From assembly GCA_963727395.1 (NCBI GenBank), contig CAVSGC010000008.1:23879-87878 (forward strand): a stretch of DNA of 64,000 nt, given 5' to 3'. How positions within the stretch are numbered: the stretch's first letter is position 1; each line of letters starts with the position of its first letter. The DNA is from an uncultured Thermoleophilaceae bacterium (GTDB lineage Bacteria > Actinomycetota > Thermoleophilia > Solirubrobacterales > Thermoleophilaceae). A program made the position numbers and the translations under genes. Below the pieces are notes generated by a model. It saw only the letters and a list, made by a program, of their open reading frames with translations, was not told where the DNA came from and did not search any database. Below are positions 61,385-64,000 of this stretch, piece by piece.

Positions 61385-61846
61385 TCACCGCTCCAGGTAG
61401 GTGAGCTTGTACTTGCCCACCTGCAGCTCGTCGCCGTTCTGGAGACGATGGGACTCGATACGCCTGCGATTCACGTAGGTGCCGTTCAGCGAGCCGAGGT
61501 CGTCGATGTAGAGGCCGTCGCGGCGGCGCACCAGAAGCGCGTGGTTGCGCGAAACGGTCACATCGTCGAGAAACACCTCGGCCTCCGGGCTGCGCCCGAT
61601 CGTCATCCGTTCGCCGGCGACCGTGAACAGCTCGCCCGCGCGGCCGCCGCCGGAGCGGATCGCAAGCGTGGCGCCCTCGGCGGCCACCTGCTCCATGTCG
61701 ACGGGCTTCAGCTCGCCGGTCTCGTCAAGCTGGTAGGCGGCTGTGGTGTCGCCCTCCTGCTTTTCGGCGTCGCTCAGGAAGGCGCCGCACTTCTGACAGT
61801 AGTTGGCGCCCTCCGCGTTGACGAAGCCGCATTCGGGGCAGTGCAT
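61385..61846 (-). CDS. FHA-domain protein (GarA/OdhI-like) with N-terminal zinc ribbon
   Basis: Intact 153-aa ORF. MHCPECGFVNAEGANYCQKCG (CxxC-x11-CxxC), linker with DTTAAYQLDETGE, and FHA core TIGRSPEAEVFLDDVTVSRNHALLVRRRDGLYIDDLGSLNGTYVNRRRI. Confidence 0.85.
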   Translation of the reverse strand: MHCPECGFVNAEGANYCQKCGAFLSDAEKQEGDTTAAYQLDETGELKPVDMEQVAAEGATLAIRSGGGRAGELFTVAGERMTIGRSPEAEVFLDDVTVSRNHALLVRRRDGLYIDDLGSLNGTYVNRRRIESHRLQNGDELQVGKYKLTYLER

Positions 61847-61870
61847 CTGACTACGCGCCCGTCCGCGCCC

Positions 61871-62131
61871 TCAGTCGTCCGAGCTGCTGCTGGGCATGGA
61901 CTTGCCGGACAGGATGTCGGTGAGCGCCTGGACGTCCGCGCCGCTGATGGCGGACTCGCCGTCCTCGTGCTTCTTGCGCAGCCGGTTGACCAGCTCGGCA
62001 CGCAGGATGTCGATCTTGCCGTGCAGGATGCGCCGCTGGTAGGACACCTCCTGCTCCTCATCCATGAGCTGCTGGATCATTTCCTTCAGCTCGTGGTCTG
62101 AGAGCGCCCCAAGGTCGGGGAACGTTTCCAT
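61871..62131 (-). CDS. small coiled-coil protein with an RsiG-like c-di-GMP-binding-type motif (function hypothetical)
   Basis: Intact 86-aa ORF. LSDHELKEMIQQLMDEEQEVSYQRRILHGKIDILRAELVNRLRK. Residues E26-x3-S30-x2-R33-x3-H37-x3-D41 fit the RsiG signature E-x3-S-x2-R-x3-Q-x3-D except Q to H. Confidence 0.6.
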   Translation of the reverse strand: METFPDLGALSDHELKEMIQQLMDEEQEVSYQRRILHGKIDILRAELVNRLRKKHEDGESAISGADVQALTDILSGKSMPSSSSDD

Positions 62132-62244
62132 TCGCGCGTCCTTTCAGTTCAAGGAACGGCGAGTATAGACCGAGGTGTCAAGTTGAGCTTGAGGGTGGGG
62201 GCGCGGTGCTTGACCTTTGCGCCCGATTTGCCGATCACCTGAGG

Positions 62245-64000
62245 GTGAGGATCCCGCTCGGACTGAGGCTGTTCTGGGGCGTCGTTGGCGTCGCACTGGC
62301 CGCCTTCGTGGTGCGCAGCGTGTTCTGGCCGGGATCGCTGAGCAACCTGTTCGACGTCGGCGTGTCCACGTTCCTGCTGGCGGCCGGCGCCTCCTCGTGC
62401 CTGCTGCGGGCCGCCCTCGTGAAGGAGGACCGCGCGCCCTGGCTGGTGGCGGGGCTCGGCATGGCCGTCTGGACGGTGGGCGACACCTACTGGTCGCTGT
62501 TTTTGGCCCACGACCCCGACGCGCCCTTCCCCTCGCTTGCGGACCCGTTGTATCTGCTCCAGTACCCCGCGTTCTACGCCGCGCTGCTGTTGCTGGTGCG
62601 CTCCCGCGACCGCCTGGTGTCCCGCGGCCTGTGGCTCGACGGCGCGATAGGTGCCCTGGCGATGGGCGCGGTCGTGGCGGCGCTCGCCATCGACCCGATC
62701 ATCGCCGGCACCACCGGCACCGGGCTGGCGGTGGCCACCAGCCTCGCCTACCCGATCTTCGACCTCGTGCTGCTGTGCCTGGTGATCGGCGTCTTCGGGG
62801 TGTCGGGGTGGCGGCCGGGTCGCGCCTGGGCCCTGCTGGGCGCCGGCTTCTCGGCCACTGCGGTGGCCGACGTCGTCTACTTCCTGCAGCTGAACAAGGG
62901 CACCTACACCGAGGGCACCGTGCTCGACATCTTCTGGCCGCTCGGCTCGCTGCTGATCGGCCTGGCCGCCTGGCAGTCCGCCGCCGCCGAGCGTGACATC
63001 TCGCTTGAGAGCTCCCGTGTGGTGGCGGTCCCGTTCTTCAGTGGCGTCGTGGCCCTGGGCCTGCTCATGTACGACCACTTCGACCGGCTCGGCGGCGTGG
63101 CCGTGGGACTCACCGGCGCCACCCTCGCCCTCGTGACGCTGAGGATGGCCATGGCTTTCCGCGACCGTGACAGGATGCTCTCGCAGAGCCGCCAAGAGGC
63201 CATGGTGGACGCGCTCACGGGCCTGCGTAACCGCCGCTGCCTGATGGCCGACCTGGAGCGCGACCTGCCCTCGGCGACGCTTGCGCGCCCGCTGGCCCTC
63301 CTGTTGTTCGACCTCGACGGCTTCAAGCACTACAACGACAGCTTCGGACACACGGCCGGCGACGCTCTGCTCGCGCGGCTCGGACAGCGGCTGGCGGCGG
63401 CGGTGGCAGACTGCGGCGCGGCCTACAGGCTGGGCGGCGACGAGTTCTGCGCCCTGGTGGCCCCTGGAGCCAGAATCGACGCGATCTCCGCCGTGTGCGT
63501 GGCGGCCCTGGCTGAGCGCGGCGAGGGGTTCAGCGTGACCACGTCCTTCGGCGTGGCGCTGGTCCCCGAGGAGGCCGACTCCCCCATGGCCGCCCTCAAG
63601 CTGGCCGACAGGCGCATGTATGCCCAGAAGGGCGGTGAGCGCTCGGCGGCCGGACGCCAGTCGCGCGACGTGCTGCTGCGCACCCTGTCCGAGCGCCAGC
63701 CCGAGCTGCACGCCCACCTGCGCGGCGTGGCCGAGCTGGCACTCGAGGTGGGGCGCGAGATGGCGATGCCCCCGGAGGCCCTCGACGAGCTGGCGCGTGC
63801 GGCGGAGCTGCACGACGTCGGGAAGGTGGCCATCCCCGACGAGATCCTCCAGAAGCGCGGCTCACTGGACGAGGCCGAGTGGGCCTTCGTGCGGCGCCAC
63901 ACGATCATCGGGGAGCGCATCCTGCTGGCCGCGCCCGCCCTGCGCCCAGTGGCCGGCCTGGTGCGGTCGAGCCACGAGCGCTGGGACGGCGCCGGCTACC
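62245..64000 (+). CDS. membrane-bound diguanylate cyclase (GGDEF) fused to an HD-GYP phosphodiesterase domain; 3' end beyond the window
   Basis: This open frame is not in the ORF track because it has no stop before the window end. GTG 62245 (alternative GTG 62206). About 8 TM segments (RLFWGVVGVALAAFVV..., WLVAGLGMAVWTVGDTYW..., LYLLQYPAFYAALLLLV...). GGDEF domain DALTGLRNRRCLMADL...LLFDLDGFKHYNDSFGHTAGDALL...AYRLGGDEFCAL...SFGVAL...LKLADRRMYAQK. HD-GYP domain AAELHDVGKVAIPDEIL...ERILLAAP...SSHERWDGAGY. Confidence 0.85.
   Translation, partial: MRIPLGLRLFWGVVGVALAAFVVRSVFWPGSLSNLFDVGVSTFLLAAGASSCLLRAALVKEDRAPWLVAGLGMAVWTVGDTYWSLFLAHDPDAPFPSLADPLYLLQYPAFYAALLLLVRSRDRLVSRGLWLDGAIGALAMGAVVAALAIDPIIAGTTGTGLAVATSLAYPIFDLVLLCLVIGVFGVSGWRPGRAWALLGAGFSATAVADVVYFLQLNKGTYTEGTVLDIFWPLGSLLIGLAAWQSAAAERDISLESSRVVAVPFFSGVVALGLLMYDHFDRLGGVAVGLTGATLALVTLRMAMAFRDRDRMLSQSRQEAMVDALTGLRNRRCLMADLERDLPSATLARPLALLLFDLDGFKHYNDSFGHTAGDALLARLGQRLAAAVADCGAAYRLGGDEFCALVAPGARIDAISAVCVAALAERGEGFSVTTSFGVALVPEEADSPMAALKLADRRMYAQKGGERSAAGRQSRDVLLRTLSERQPELHAHLRGVAELALEVGREMAMPPEALDELARAAELHDVGKVAIPDEILQKRGSLDEAEWAFVRRHTIIGERILLAAPALRPVAGLVRSSHERWDGAGY

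Overview
Very GC-rich chromosomal segment (about 70% or more by eye, not computed) with strong GC3 codon bias. Gene content and order look actinobacterial: dapA-rnj, ftsK, cinA, recA-recX, rny, miaB-miaA, dapF-dapL, hflX-dut. Several proteins suggest a Thermoleophilia (Conexibacter/Solirubrobacter-like) genome, but that is only an impression. I call about 70 protein genes and one cis-regulatory RNA, a c-di-AMP (ydaO-type) riboswitch in front of an RlpA-like cell-wall gene. I found no rRNA, tRNA, CRISPR array, transposase or integrase, prophage or recognisable defence system, so this is core genome rather than an accessory island. The main caveat is that about 33 genes, including recA, ftsK, dapA, dapF, miaA, miaB, nadE and apt, can only be read by switching frames, often several times per kb. 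These breaks sit in sharp blocks (0.6-10.4, 13.45-14.04, 19.0-26.8, 30.4-31.4 and 49.7-60.6 kb) separated by clean stretches such as 37.0-49.7 kb. I type those genes as pseudogene 'as given', but consensus or assembly error is the most likely cause, and their coordinates are approximate. Three loci deserve follow-up. (1) A translationally coupled envelope operon in which a GGCT-like gene and a SAM methyltransferase lie between murT and gatD. (2) A small RsiG-like coiled-coil protein divergent from a membrane GGDEF/HD-GYP enzyme, next to a GarA/OdhI-like FHA gene and an FtsR-like MerR gene. (3) The riboswitch-controlled RlpA-like gene. None of these is a demonstrated new system, and all functional assignments rest on motif recognition without database searches.
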